Source: Malacoraja senta
Taxonomy: Eukaryota
DNA length: 64,000 nt
NCBI GenBank assembly: GCA_038087875.1
Contig: CM075993.1
Span: 3,288,001 to 3,352,000 of the forward strand
Reading direction: 5' to 3'
Part shown: positions 12,198 to 25,660 of the stretch, one piece after another
Layout of the letters: every line of letters starts with the position of its first letter
Numbering within the stretch: position 1 is the first letter of the stretch
Notes under the pieces: model-generated
Seen by the model: only the letters and a program-made list of their open reading frames with translations
Told to the model about the DNA's origin: nothing
The model's database searches: none
Program-made: the position numbers and the translations under genes

Positions 12198-12690
12198 GGT
12201 GGCACGGTGACGCAGCGGTAGAGGTTCTACCTCACAGCGCCAGGGTCCCGGGTTCGATCCAGACTGCGGGTGCAGTCTGCATGGAGTTTTACGTTCTCCT
12301 GTGACCACTTGGGTTTTCTACGGGTGCTCCGGTTTCCTCCCACACTCCAAAGACATACAGGTTTGTGGGCTCAGTGGGTGCAGCAGCATCTATGGAGCGA
12401 AGGAAATAGGCAACGTTTCGGGCCGAAACCCTGAAGGAAATAGGCAACGTTTCGGGACGAAACCCGGAAGGGTTTCGGGCCGAAACGTTGCCTATTTCCT
12501 TCGCTCCATAGATGCTGCTGCACCCGCTGAGTTTCTCCAGCACTTTTGTCTACCTTCGATTTTCCAGCATCTGCAGTTCCTTCTTAAACAGGTTTGTAGG
12601 CTCATTGGCTTCTGTAATTTGTACCTAGTGTATGTCTACTAAACCAGGGTGAACGGGTGATCAGTGGTGGGCACGGACTCAGTGGGTCTC
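12198..12690 (+). mobile_element. HE1-like V-SINE with Penelope fold-back insert (12374-12587)
   Basis: A/B-box-like head and V-domain; insert flanked by ACAGGTTTGT(G/A)GGCTCA at 12357-12373 and 12588-12604. Confidence 0.85.
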
Positions 12691-13283
12691 CTGGCCATTT
12701 CAACTCCTACCATCAGGAAGAAGGTACAGCAGCCTGAACACTAACATTCAGGTTCAGAAACAGCTTCTTCCATGCAACCATCAGTCTACTAAACACTACA
12801 ACCTCCAAAGACAGACACAAAAACCTGGAGAAACTCGGCGGGACAGGCAGCATCTCTGGAGAGAAGGACATGGGTGACGTTTCGGGTTGAGATCCTTCTT
12901 CAGACCCTTCTTTGGGTCTTGACCCGAAATGTCACCCATTCCTTCTCTCCAGAGATGCTGCCTGTCCCGCTGAGTTACTCCAGCTTTTTGTGTCCACCTT
13001 CGGTTTAAACCAGCATCTGCAGTTCCTTCCTACACACTACAACCTCCAAAATAGGCTCTCTGCTACATAGACTTGGGATATTATATTTGACCTTATACTT
13101 TTATTGTCTATTTGTCTGTTTGGTTTTAATTAATATATATACTGAACATTTTGTTGTTATTGTATTTACAGTGTACTATGTTCATATATCTGTTGGGTTG
13201 CTGTAAGTAAGACTTTCATTATTCTGTTTTGGGGTCATATGACAATAAAATATTCTTGACTCTTGAAGGGCCTGTTTCTATAC

Positions 13284-13852
13284 AAAACTCTCTACTAAAC
13301 TCTCTACTAAACCTCTAAACTCTCCTCTAAACTCTCTACTAAACTCTCTACTAAACACTCTACTAAACCTCTAAACTCTCCTCTAAACTATCTTCTAAAC
13401 TACTAAATCTCTACTAACTCTCTACTAAACTCTTCTGAACTCTCTTCTAAACTCTCCTACTAAACTAAACTCTACTAAACTCTCTACTAAACTCTCTTCT
13501 AAACTCTATACTAAACTCTCTTCTAAAACTCTCTACTAAACCTCTAAACTCTCTACTAAACTCTCTACTAAACCTCTAAACTCTCTACTAAAACTCTCTA
13601 CTAAACTAACCTCTACTAAACTCTTCTACTAAACCTCTAAACTCTCTACTAAACTCTCTACTAAACCTCTAAACTCTCTACTAAACTAAACTCTACTAAA
13701 CTCTCTACTAAACTCTCTACCAAACGTCTAAACTCTCTACTAAAACCTCTAAACTCTCTACTAAACTCTCTTCTTAATTCTCTTCTAAACACTCTACTAA
13801 ACTCTACTAAACTAAACTCTCTACTAAACGCTCTACTAAACTAAACTAAACC
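13284..13852. repeat. Low-complexity (AAACTCTCTACT)n-type tandem array grown from a SINE/LINE tail
   Basis: About 570 bp of CTCTACTAAA/CTCTAAA variants directly after GAAGGGCCTGTTTC. Confidence 0.92.
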
Positions 13853-14890
13853 TCTCCAGCCGCCAGCCTTAGGTCCAATGCCTTTATTTCTAAGCAGCAT
13901 TTACTGATGGAACCAAAACAGTTTTTGCTGAGATAATTTCTTCCGTGTTGGCAAACATCCCACTCTTCTGCGACTCACTAATTCAGGCACAAAATGAATG
14001 TTCAATTTTTATACTGATTTGTGTCTACAATGGGATTGAGAAGGAAAAATAGATCAGCCATAGATCGAATGGTGGAGCATACTCGATGGGCCGAATGGCC
14101 TAATTTTGCTCCTATGACTGATAAATTTGTGAACTTATGAATTCATTGTCACTGTGGGCAGTGGAGGCCAAGACATTGGGTCTTTTTAAAGCGTAGATTT
14201 GTGATTGGCAAGGGTGTCAAAGGTTATGGGAGAAGGCAGGAGAATGGGGTTGAGAGGAGAGATAGATCAGCCATGATTGAATGGCGGAGTAGACTCAATG
14301 GTCTAATTCTACTCCTATGTCTTATGGATTTACAATTCTCGGGGCTTATACTGACAATTCTAAACGCAGGTTGTGGAAGAAGAGAATTCAACCAATGCTT
14401 GGAAAATCTACAGCAACATTAGGGGCTTAATTCAAAGCAGCAGCTCAAACCTGAAGTGTAGGATTCAAGAGGTGCCTTTTCTTTGACAGAGATAAATCAT
14501 TTCTTTAAAGCGGATTTGCTTGCAGGACCCAAACAGTTTATGCTGTCATTCTGTGAGGTGGTAATTTTGGTTTTCATTCTCCTGAAGTGTAATCCTGAAC
14601 TGCCAGTGAACAGAAAATTATATTAAAGAGAGCGGAGCTGTCAGCATTTTGTAAGTGTAAGTATTCCAGTTCTCTGCCTTGCAATTAACCGCTATGCCGA
14701 TGAAAATTGTGCATTAAATACGATGGGGCTGAAAGGCATTTGTACATCTGACATGTTTCTTCCAGCTGTTATCAGGCAACTGAATCATCCTACCACAACC
14801 AGAGAGCAGTGCTGAACTACTATCCACCTCTTTGGTGGATAGTACAATCCTTGATCAGACTTTGCTGGCTTGGCCTTGCACTTATCCTTA

Positions 14891-15225
14891 AACCCCTGTC
14901 CCACAGAACGAGTTCATTCCAAGAGCTCTTCTCCCGAGTTTGCCCTGATTCGAACTCGGAGATTTACGGTAATGGCCACTCGTCGGTACTCGGGGCTCTC
15001 GTGGACATTTTTCATCATGTTGACAAAATCTTCCCGAGTCTTCCCGTGCTTACCTGCCACTAGCGAGTCTTCCCGAGTACCTGCCGTTAGCGTTACGAGC
15101 CGCTAAGAGACGTCCCCGAGCTCCGACGTACCCGCTACGTTCATTCTCCGTGCTTACCACGAGTTCGTTTTTTTTTTAAACCTGGGAGATCTCTTGGAAT
15201 GAACTCGTACAGTGGGACAGGGCTA
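14891..15225. mobile_element. PIF/Harbinger-type MITE with TTA target duplication
   Basis: TIR CCCTGTCCCAC(a/t)G(a/t)ACGAGTTCATTCCAAGAG at both ends; TTA at 14888-14890 and 15226-15228; nested in a Rex1-like tail. Confidence 0.8.
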
Positions 15226-15349
15226 TTACTCCCTTATCATGTATCTGTACACTGGTGAATGGAACGATTGTAATCATGTATTGTCTTTCTGCTGACTGGT
15301 TAGCGCGCAACAAAAGCTTTTCACTGTACCTCGGTACACGTGACAGTAA

Positions 15350-15588
15350 AGGGCCTGTCCCACTTGGCGATTTTTTCGGCAACTGTCGGCATCATTGACT
15401 GACGTATAAGGTCACCAAACAATTCGCGGCGTGACGACGTATTGACGCGCGCCGTCTCCTCAAGTACCGCAACGTTTTTTTTTTGTCACCGCTGGATTTT
15501 GAAATGCTCAAAATCTTTTTGGCGACCCTGATACGTCAGTCGATGACGCTGGCAGTCGCCGAAAAAATTGCCAAGTGGGACAGGCCCT
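15350..15588. mobile_element. PIF/Harbinger-type MITE with TAA target duplication
   Basis: About 36-bp TIR AGGGCCTGTCCCACTTGGC(g/a)ATTTTTTCGGC(a/g)ACTG; TAA at 15347-15349 and 15589-15591. Confidence 0.88.
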
Positions 15589-15704
15589 TAAACTAAACTA
15601 AACTAAGGTGACAATATGACCATTATTCTTCTTCGGTCAATGTTGCAATCTAGTTTTGTTTATTGTCACAACCAGATTCGCCAACGTTTTGTGTTTTGCT
15701 CAAA

Positions 15705-16210
15705 AGTGCAGCGTAGGTTCACGAGATTGATCCCTGGGATGGCGGGACTGTCATATGAGGAGAGATTGAAAAGACTAGGCTTGTATTCACTGGGAGTTTA
15801 GAAGGATGAGGGGGAATTTTACAGAAACATATAAAAATTATAAAAGGACTGGACAAGCTAGATGTAGGAAAAATGTTCCCAATGTTGGGCGAGTCCAGAA
15901 CCAGGGGCCACAGTCTTAGAATAAAGGGGAGGCCATTTAAGACTGAGGTGAGAAAAAACGTTTCACCCAGAGAGTTGTGAATTTGTGGAATTCCCTGCCA
16001 CAGAGGGCAGTGGAGGCCAAATCACCTGGATGGATTTAAGAGAGTTAGATAGAGCTCTAGGGATTAGTGGAATCAAGGGATATGGGGAGAAGGCAGGCAC
16101 GGGTTATTGATTGGGGACGATCAGCCATGATCACAATGAATGGCGGATTGCTGGCTCGAAGGGCCGAATGGCCTCCTTCTGCACCTATCTTCTATGTTTC
16201 TATGTTTCTA
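15705..16210 (+). mobile_element. CR1 LINE 3' fragment
   Basis: [29 protein letters not shown]..., then the standard tail ending (CTATGTTT)n. Confidence 0.9.
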
Positions 16211-17341
16211 AATTGCAAGGTTGTAGCCGTGCAATATGGCTGATGCCAAGATCGTGACAGAAGAATAATGAATAATGAATGAACACCTTATTGTCATATG
16301 AAATTCACAGTCACAGTGAAATTCTTTGCTAACACACCTTGCAATAGTTGCCCCTGAAGGGCGCGTGCAAAGTTACAAATCCCTCCTTCCCTCTGCGCCA
16401 GTTCCCCCTTTGCTCTTCCCCCCCCTCCCCCTTCCCTCACGGCGGTCCACCCCCCCCTCCCACCACGCAGGGTCCCCATTGTCCATTGTTCCTGCCCCTC
16501 CCTCATGCCCGTCCCCCCACGCCGGGTCCTCCTGCGTCCTCCCCTCGGCAGCGACGTCCTCGCCCCACACGTCCATCCTCATCAGTCGCTCTCGCCGCCA
16601 ACACCGGCAAGAGAGAAAATGGAGAGAGAAAAGGGCAGAGAAGGCTGAAGAACTCTGGCCAGAAATGGGGCATCTTTACCCCATCTTTAAGATTGGTACA
16701 GTGAAATTTGGGGGTCACCATACCGCCATACAACACACGATAGTCTTTAACATAAACAGTGGAATCAAAGTTTCCCACTGTGAGGAAGACACCAAATCTC
16801 AAGAAGAAAGACATGGTCCCAGTTGGAACAAACTACGTGACCCAATTGCTCGTAGACCGTACAACATTTCTGCCATTTACCTACCAGGCCATGGGTGGAC
16901 ATAATAACTTTCTTAATTTCAGCTACTGTTTTGATGAACAATATCCCCAGAAGGCAGGATGAAAGGCAAATTAAAATCTCAAACCCAAGTCAATTATATC
17001 AGCAATCTCCTTCAGTTCTGCCTCACTTCCTCTTTCACGCAATGAAGCTTTTTAGTTGTCAGCACCTGGCTCGTTTAAAAATTGTCTCCAGTTGTGAGAG
17101 TTGTTAGGGCTCTTGAAAAATGCATGAGCTTTTGAAAGTGTTACCTAATTATTCACTGCAGCTGAGCATACGGAATTAGACAAATTGAGGGGGAAAATGA
17201 TTTTCCTTCCTCTCGGAGTAAATGAACAAATGATTGCAATTAAAGCCCAAATGATTCAGTCCATTCGATTTAACACTGCTTAAGTAAAAATGAGTGCTTC
17301 CTACATTAATGGGCAACTGCATTGTGGATTGAAATGCGTTA

Positions 17342-17746
17342 TAGACAAGAGACAATAGGTGCAGGAGTAGGCCATTCGGCCCTTCGAGCCAGCACCGCCA
17401 TTCAATGTGATCATGGCTGATCATCCCCAATCAGTACTCCGTTCCTGCCTTCTCCCCATATCCCCTGACTCCGCTATTTTTAAGAGCCCTATCTAGCTCT
17501 CTCTTGAAAGCATCCAGAGAACCGGCCTCCACCGCCCTCTGAGGCAGAGAATTCCACAGACTCACCACTCTCTGTGAGAAAAAGTGTTTCCTCGTCTCCG
17601 TTCTAAATGGCCTACCCGTTATTCTTAAACTGTGGCCCCTGGTTCTGGACTCCCCCAACATCGGGAACATGTTTCCTGCCTCTAGCGTGTCCAAACCCTT
17701 ATTAATCTTATATGTTTCAATAAGATCCCCTCTCGTCCTTCTAAAC
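17342..17746 (-). mobile_element. CR1 LINE 3' fragment
   Basis: FRRTRGDLIETYKI...RTRGHSLRI...FFSQRVVSLWNSLP. Confidence 0.9.
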
Positions 17747-18517
17747 TTTCTTTGGATTGGGGAAATCTCTGAGTGTAGGCTTAGCAGCGACTGAATGTCC
17801 ATAAATCCGTCTACATCATAGCGCAAGGGGCAGCATGGTGGCGCAGCGGTAGAGTTGCTGCCTTACAGCGCCAGAGACCCGGGTTCAATCCCGACTACTG
17901 TCTGTAGGGAGTTTGCACGTTCTCCCTGTGTACACGTGGGTTTTCTCTGGGTGCTCCGGTTTCCTCCCACACTCCAGAGATGTGCAGGTTTGTAGGCTAA
18001 TTGGCTTCTGTAAAATCATCCTTAGTGTGTAGGATAAGGTCATAAGGTCATAAGTGATGGGAGTAGAATGAGACCATTCGGCCCATCAAGTTTACTCCGC
18101 CATTGAATCATGGCTGATCTATCTCTCCCTCCCAACCCCATTCTTCTGCCTTCTCCCCATAACCTCTTGATACCCATACTAATCAAAATTCTATCTATCT
18201 CTGCCTGAAAAATATCCTCTGACTTGGCCTCTACAGCCTTCTGTGGCAAAGAATTCCACAGATTCACCACCCTCTGACTAAATAAAATTCTCTTCACCTC
18301 CTTCCTAAAAGAACGTCCTTTATTTCTGGATAGAACTGGTGTTGGAATGAAAACATTGCTCGGTGCCTGTTTTCACGATGTATCCTTAAAGTCACACCAA
18401 TAATGTGGCCTTATCATTATTAGTGACTGCGCCATCTTCTATTTCCAGGTTGATCGAGCTGGATAATGTTGTCTAATTTTCATTGAGTTAGGTGAAATAT
18501 GAGGAAAACATTGTTCA

Positions 18518-18930
18518 GGGTGAGGCCTAACGCAAATTGGAGGAGCAGCCCCTCATATTTCGCTTGGGCAGCTTACACCCCAGCGGTATGACTCTAGATA
18601 TCTCTAACTTCAAGTAACCCCTGCATCCCCTCTCTCTCTCTGTCCCTGCTCCACCCTGGTCATCGTACTAGTTTCACTGTCGTCCTGTTGATTTTTACTC
18701 TTTGTATTACTCGTTATCACCTACCCCACAGCCAACAATGAACTGTTGTGGGCTCCACCTATCCTTGAACGTCGTTGCTGGCTTTGATTTGTCTTTTTGC
18801 ATACCTTTGTGTACTTCTTCATCCCTCTAGTTTCCCTCTCCCCTGACTCTCAACCTGAAACATCACCCATTCCTTTTCTCCAGAGATGCTGCCTGACCCG
18901 GTGAGTTACTCCAGCTTTTTGTATCTATTT
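18518..18930 (+). mobile_element. Penelope-like element 3' fragment (endonuclease end plus pLTR)
   Basis: RKLEEQPLIFRLGSLHPSGM continuing into CTCCCCTGACTCTCAACCTGAAACATCACCCATTCC...GAGTTACTCCAGC. This links the abundant short repeat physically to a PLE ORF. Confidence 0.8.
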
Positions 18931-19457
18931 ATTGGAGGAGCTGCCTTTTACAGGAGATAGTCATACAGCGTGGAAACAGGCCCTTCAGCCCAACTTGCCA
19001 ACATGTCCCAGCTACACTAGTCCCACCTGCTCGCGTTTGGTTCATTTACCTCCAAACCTGTCCTATCCATGTACCTGTCTAACTGTTTCTAAAACGTTGG
19101 GATAGTCCCAGCCTCAACTACCTCCTCTGGCAGCTCGTTCCATACATCCAGCACCCTTTGTGTGAAAAAGGTTCCTCCCAAATCTTTTCCCCTTCACCTT
19201 AAAACTTTAAACTAAATACTTTAAAATTTAAACCAGCATCTGCAGTTCTTTCCTACCTTAAATCTATGTCCTCTGGTCCCCCGATTCCCTACTTTGGGCA
19301 GAGACTCCTACCCGATCTATTCCTGTCACGATTTTATACACCTCCATAAGATCACCTCTCATCCTCCTGCGCTCCATGGAATAGAGTCCCAGCCTGCTCA
19401 ACCTCTCCCTATAGCTCAGACCCTCGAGTCCTGGCGACATCCTCGTGAATCTTCTCT

Positions 19458-19800
19458 GTGGAGGTGGGGTGCAGGGGCTTTGTAGCCAGTTCCATCGCAA
19501 GGCTCCTGAGGGAAGTAGGGGTCAAAGGGCAGGCACTGAGGTGGGCAATAAAAGAACTTGCCAATGCCACCGAACGGAGCAGTCACTGGCCGTGGCTGAA
19601 GAGGAAAGATGCTGTCTGGGCTGCCACGTGACTATCTAGAGGCTAACCATAAGACACACACCCAGGTCTGATCAACCTGCGGTGGGCCTGCCTCGACTGA
19701 GGGTGTCTGGTGATAAAAGGCCGAAACACCCAGTGACGTTGAGGTACACAACTGAAAATGTGTCTGATTGGTAGCAAATTAACCTGGTGGTCATCCCCCC
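19458..19800 (+). mobile_element. Hero-like RLE non-LTR retrotransposon 3' end (ORF end 19458-19631 plus 3' UTR)
   Basis: VEVGCRGFVASSIARLLREVGVKGQALRWAIKELANATERSSHWPWLKRKDAVWAAT*; EVGCRGF is characteristic of the RLE-domain C-terminus. Confidence 0.8.
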
Positions 19801-22800
19801 AAGAATGTCAATTGGAGTGAAATCTTAGGGATTGTAACACCCAGTCCCACTAATCAATCTGCACCCTTTCCAGCTTGACAACATCTTTCCTCTAACATGG
19901 TGCCCAGAACTGAACACAATACTCTTAAATGCGGCCTCACCAACGGCTTATACAACTGCAACGTGACCTCCCAACCTCTATACTCATGATATCAAACATA
20001 TGGAGGTTTTCACTGCACAGTTAAGATTAAGTACAGCAGGCACGTCTTTGATGTTCGAGCCAATGTTTGCGTGAGATTGCTGTGCATTGCGACGGTAATG
20101 ACACAAACATAAGTCATTGGTTGCTGCTGCTGCTGTAAGAGATTGTGAGAGGTGATTAAATAAGTTGCTATTCCTCAGAGTCTGACTCATTTCCCTTGAT
20201 TACACCAAGGATATTGTTATAATCCAGATTTAGGCACAATTTCCGAACATGCAAGATTTTAATGCATCAGTGATATCAACTGATGCGTTGAATGATTTAA
20301 AGCAACCGTTACAATTTAAGTTACAATCTAAGACCACAGGCCATAGCCTCAGAATAAAAGGTCGTACCTTTGGAAAGGAGGTGAGGAGGAATTTCTTTAG
20401 CCAGAGGGTGGTGAATCTGTGGGATTCATTGCCACAGATTGCTGTGGGGGCCGTCAATGGATATTTTTAAGGTGGAGATTGGTCCTGATTAAGGTGGAAT
20501 CCGGTTCTTGATTAGTACGGGTGTCAGGGCTGCAGGAAGGAACTGCAGATGCTGGTCTAAACCGAAGATAGACACAAAAAGCTGGAGTAACTCAGTGGGA
20601 CAGGCAGCATCTCTGGAGAATGAATGGGTGACGTTTCGGGTCGAGACCCTTGCTCAGACAGGGGTTACGGGGAGAAGGCAGGAGAATGGGGTTGAGAGGT
20701 TAAGGTAGATCAGCCATGATTGAATGGCAGAGTAGAATTGATGGGCCGAATGGTCTAATTCTGCTCGTAGACCCTTAAAACATGATATCCCAGCCAGATA
20801 TTGTCAAATACATAGGACATTTCCTGAAGAAAGTATTCATATTTTCTATGAACTGACAATAGACAATAGGTGAAGGAGTAGGCCATTCGGCCCTTCGAGC
20901 CAGCACCGCCATTCAATGTGATCATGGCTGATCATCCGCCAATCAGTATCCCGTTCCTGCCTTCTCCCCATATCCCCTGACTCCACTATTTTTAAGAGCC
21001 CTATCCAGCTCTCTCTTGACCTTATGCACCAAATAACTTGCTACACCTCTGACCGAACAATTCTGTTAGATTCACACATTGAGTTTCTCCTCTTCTGAGG
21101 CAGTCCCTTGAAATTGGGCAGGATTTCCCTAATGATGGGCCTGTCCCACTTAGGCGATTTTTTAGGCCACTAGGCTGTCGCCACATGGTCACCAGCGTGT
21201 CGCCTGGATGGTCGTGAGTCGTCCCCTCAGTCGCCCAAAGAGTCGTAGCTTCTTTCTGGTCATTTCTGACGTCCATGCAAGATTGAGGGGGCGGGGCGGA
21301 GATGTAGTCAATTTCGCAATCGGACGTAATGGATTTGTAGCAGAAATACAATTCAGGCTTTATATAAAAGGCCTTTTTAAAAGCTATTAAATAGCATCTC
21401 CAGCATCTCAATTGAACAGACATCCAATTTCCAATGTCATTTGCTCCACGAGGCTTTGAAGTGGACTTCTCGGGATTAACATCAGTGACAGGATTATGGG
21501 CTTCTGAACGTCACACTGACTTTCAAAACTCAAAGTGACAACTTTCTCCTTCGATGTCCAAATATATTGATCCTCTCCTGGGAGAACGGAAGGTTTTCAT
21601 AGAAAGATAGAAAATAGGTGCAGGAGTAGGCCCTTCGCTCCCCCCCCCACCCCCCAAGGAAGAACAGTCCCAAACTAAAATGTTTAGTTTAGAGATGAAT
21701 CAGAAACAGCCCTTCGGCCCATCAGGTCCATGCTGACCATCGAACACTCATTCACTCTAGGTCTATGTTATCCACACTTTTACCTCCACTCTCCACATGA
21801 GGGGCAATGTACAGAGGCAATTAACCTACAAACATGCACGTCTTTGGGATCATAAGATCATAAGTGATAGGAGTAGAATTGGGCCATTTGGCCCATCAAG
21901 TCTACTCCGCCATTCAATCATGGCCGATCTATCTCTCCCTCCTAACCCCATTCTCCTGCCTTCTCCCCATAACTCGACACCCGTACTAGTCAACAATCTA
22001 CCTTTCTCTGCCTTAGGAAATTTCACAGACTTGGCCTCCGCAGCCTTCCGTGGCAAAGAATTCCCACAGATTCTCCACCCGCTGACGAAAGATGCGGGAG
22101 GGAACCACACGGTCACAGGAAGGACATGCAAACTCCGCATCGGGATCGAACCCAGGTCTCTGGCGCTGTGAGGCCACTGTGCTCGTTCATTCCCTCCGCA
22201 GATGCTGCCTGACCCGCTGAGTTTGCTCAAGATTCCCGCATCATCAGTTCTTCGTGTCTCCATTTAAAATAGCTTCTTGTTGCATTTATTATTAATTTTG
22301 AGATGGGGACGGTGTCACCAGTTCAAGATACACCCTGCATGTTGGTGCATTATTCGATGAAGTATTATTTAATGAATTATGACTTGGTCTTCCAGTAGAA
22401 TGAGTTAGTGATTTTGTTTTTCAGATAGTGTGTGATGTTGTTAATTATATCCGTACGTTCTAACTCACGAGGGAATCAACTGAAGGTTGACTCAGAACAA
22501 TTTTAGTGATGAATATTCCCTGGCAAGGTTCCATTGGTGAATGCAGTGAATCTAATTAGTTAGACTTCTCTAATTTCAGGTAGTCCCTACTTTCTCCTCC
22601 CCTTCCCAGCTCTCCCTCAGCCCTCTGGCTCCACCTCTTCCTTTCTAAATCCCGCCCCCCCCCATCCCTCACATCAGTCTGAAGAAGGGTTTCGACCCGA
22701 AACGTTGCCTATTTCCTTCGCTCCATAGATGCTGCCTCACTCGCTGAGTTTCTCCAGCGTTTTTGTCCACCCTCTAATTAGTTACACCATACTTGTACAT

Positions 22801-25304
22801 TTGTACGTTTAGCTTAGAGATTCAGCGCAGGGACAGGCCCTTCGGCCCACCGAGTCCACACCGACCAGCGATCCCCGCACACGGACACTACCCTACACAC
22901 GCTAGGGACATTTTACATTTACACCGAGCCAATTAAACTACTGACCTGTACGTCTTTGGAGTGTGGGCGAAAGCGAAGATTTGGGGAGATTCATGATTGA
23001 ATGGCAGAGTAGACTTGATGGGCCGAAGGCCTAATTCTGCTCCTATCACTTGAATTTAGGAAGACATGCAGCCAGAGGAGATCAGTTTATCTTGCCATCA
23101 TGTTCGGCAGAGACATTGAGCAGTGAAGGGCCTGTTCATGTGCTGGGCTGTGTTGCATGACTACGTTGAACAGTTATCCCTCAATTAATAAGATTAATTT
23201 ATCACTTAGTTTGTTATTCTATATTATCGCTTTGTAGATCCCAGAGCCTCGTGTGCACAGAATGGTTGCAGCAGTGATTATATTCTATTTCTCGATAGGC
23301 ATATGGACATGCTGACGCTGTGCAATTATCCAATTTTATTTTTCTTTTTTGCGTCCATGCCTGAGGCTGCCACTTGTGTCAACTGTGTCACTGTGCTACA
23401 AAGACGGACAGGTTAACACGTTAACTCCCCCTCCCCATTCCCACACTGACCTTTCTGTCCTGGGCCTCCTCCGTGGACGTGCAATTCACCAGCGCAGCTG
23501 AGATTTCGGGTCTCGACCCGAAACGACACCCATTCCTTCTCTCCCAGAGATGCTGTCTGACCCACTGAGTTACTCCAGCTTTTTGTGTCAAGCGATCGTA
23601 AGATAGACAAAAATGCTGGAGAACTCAGCGGGTGAGGCAGCATCTATGAAGACTTGATGGGCCGAATGGCCAAATTCTTCTCCTATCTCTTATGATCTTA
23701 TGTTGAAGAAAGAACTGCAGATGCTGGAAAAATCGAAGGTAGACAAAAATGCTGGAGAAACTCAGCGGGTGTGGATCTATGGAGCGAAGGACCTAGGTGA
23801 CGTTTCGGGGTCGAGACCCTTCCTCAGACCTGAAACGTCACCTATTCCTTCGCTCCATAGATGCTGCCTCACCCGCTGAGTTCCTCCAACATTTTTGTCT
23901 ACCATCGACTTTTCCAGCATCTGCAGTTCTTTCTTAAACATAAGATCGTAAGAGATAGGAGCAGAATTAGGCCATTCGGCCCATCAAGTCTACTCTGCCA
24001 TTCAATCATGGCTGCTTGAGCGTGTTTATCTTTGAGCTTCGTAAAAGTGTACCAAGCCATTGCCGTGAGACTGCTGGGGAAGGTATTGACAGTGTTTTTT
24101 AAGAATAAGGGTTTGGGCCATTTCAGACTGAGATGAGGACAAAAATTTCACCCAGAGAGTAGTGAATCTGTGGAATTCTCGGCCACAGAAGGCAGTGGTG
24201 GAGGTCGATTCACTGGATGTGGTGAAGAGAGAGTTAGATTAGCTCTTAGGGCTAACGGAATCAAGGGATATGGGAGGAAAGCAGGAACGGGTACTGATTC
24301 TGGATGATCAGCCATGATCATATTGAATGGCGGTGCTGGCTCGAGGGCCGAATGCACCTATTTTCTATGTTTCTATTCATTTGCAAACTGATGCATCCCT
24401 TCGGTAAATTATCTGTGCAACTTGTCTGTGTCGTAACCACTGCAACGCTGCAGGAAGGGACACGGGACTGAGCTGTGATGTATCTCCTGAATACATCGCA
24501 CTATCCAACCCGCTGACTACACAACATTTCACCGTGCCATTGCGCATACCACCTTTTTTGTGGGTTTCCACTCTTCTAAATTCCTCAGAGTTCAGCTGAA
24601 TGTCAGCCTCAATCCATCGCCCGAGCTCCATTCTGAATTGCTGACTTGGGACAAATCCTGACCTTGGACTCTGTTCAACATGATGTTTGACGTTTATTCT
24701 GTGAAGTGAAGATAACAAGCGAGCAGTTCCATCTTTGAGAGTTTTTGATTTTGAGTCTTTTTTGATTTTTATTCATCGCTATTTGTTGAGGCCCAAAATT
24801 GTGTTAAATTAAAATATTTCCGAAGTCAGCATTCTTGTAGGGCCCTGTAGACTCGATCTTTCAGTGTTATCTTACGCTATGGTTTAATTTAATGGCTGAC
24901 AATAGACAATAGACAATAGGTGCAGGAGTAGGCCATTCGGCCCTTCGAGCCAGCACCGCCATTCAATGTGATCATGGCTGATCATCCCCAATCAGTACCC
25001 CGTTCCTGCCTTCTCCCCATAATCCCTGACTCCGCTATCCTTAAGAGCCCTATCTAGCTCTCTCTTGAAAGTATCCAGAAAACCGGCCTCCACCGCCCTC
25101 TGAGGCAGAGAATTCCACAGACTCACCACTCTCTGTGTGAAACTCTCCCTCTGCTGACTATACGGAGTTTGTACGTTCTCCCGTGACCTGTGTGGGCTTT
25201 TCTCCAGAGCTCCGGTTTCCTCCCACACTCCAAAAAGACGTACAGGTTTGTAGGTTAATTAACTTGGTATAAATGTCAATCATCCCCAGTAAGATAATGT
25301 TAGG

Positions 25305-25660
25305 ATGCTCCTCAAACTGCGGAGCATCCTGGACAATACAGCTCACCCCCTCCGTGACGCACTGGTCAACCTGAGGAGCACCTTCAGCAACAGACTGGTT
25401 CCACCAAGATGCAGCACAGAACGCCACAGGAGATCTTTCTTCCCTGTGGGCTATCAAACTGGACAACTCCCTCCCCTTCTACCGTGGGGTAGACTGAGAC
25501 TGACTACCCCCCCACCCCAACCCCCTCCCCAATCTTTGCACATCCTCATCCTTTACACTCATCAATTTAATTTCATATTCCATGTATCTTGTGTTTTTAT
25601 GACTGTTGGCAGATCAATTTCCCTCCTGGGATCAATAAAGTTCTATCGAGTTGTATCGTA
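25305..25660 (+). mobile_element. Rex1/Babar-like LINE 3' fragment
   Basis: KLRSILDNTAHPL...RLVPPRCSTERHRRSFFP; tail with AATAAA and (GTATC)-like end. Confidence 0.75.
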
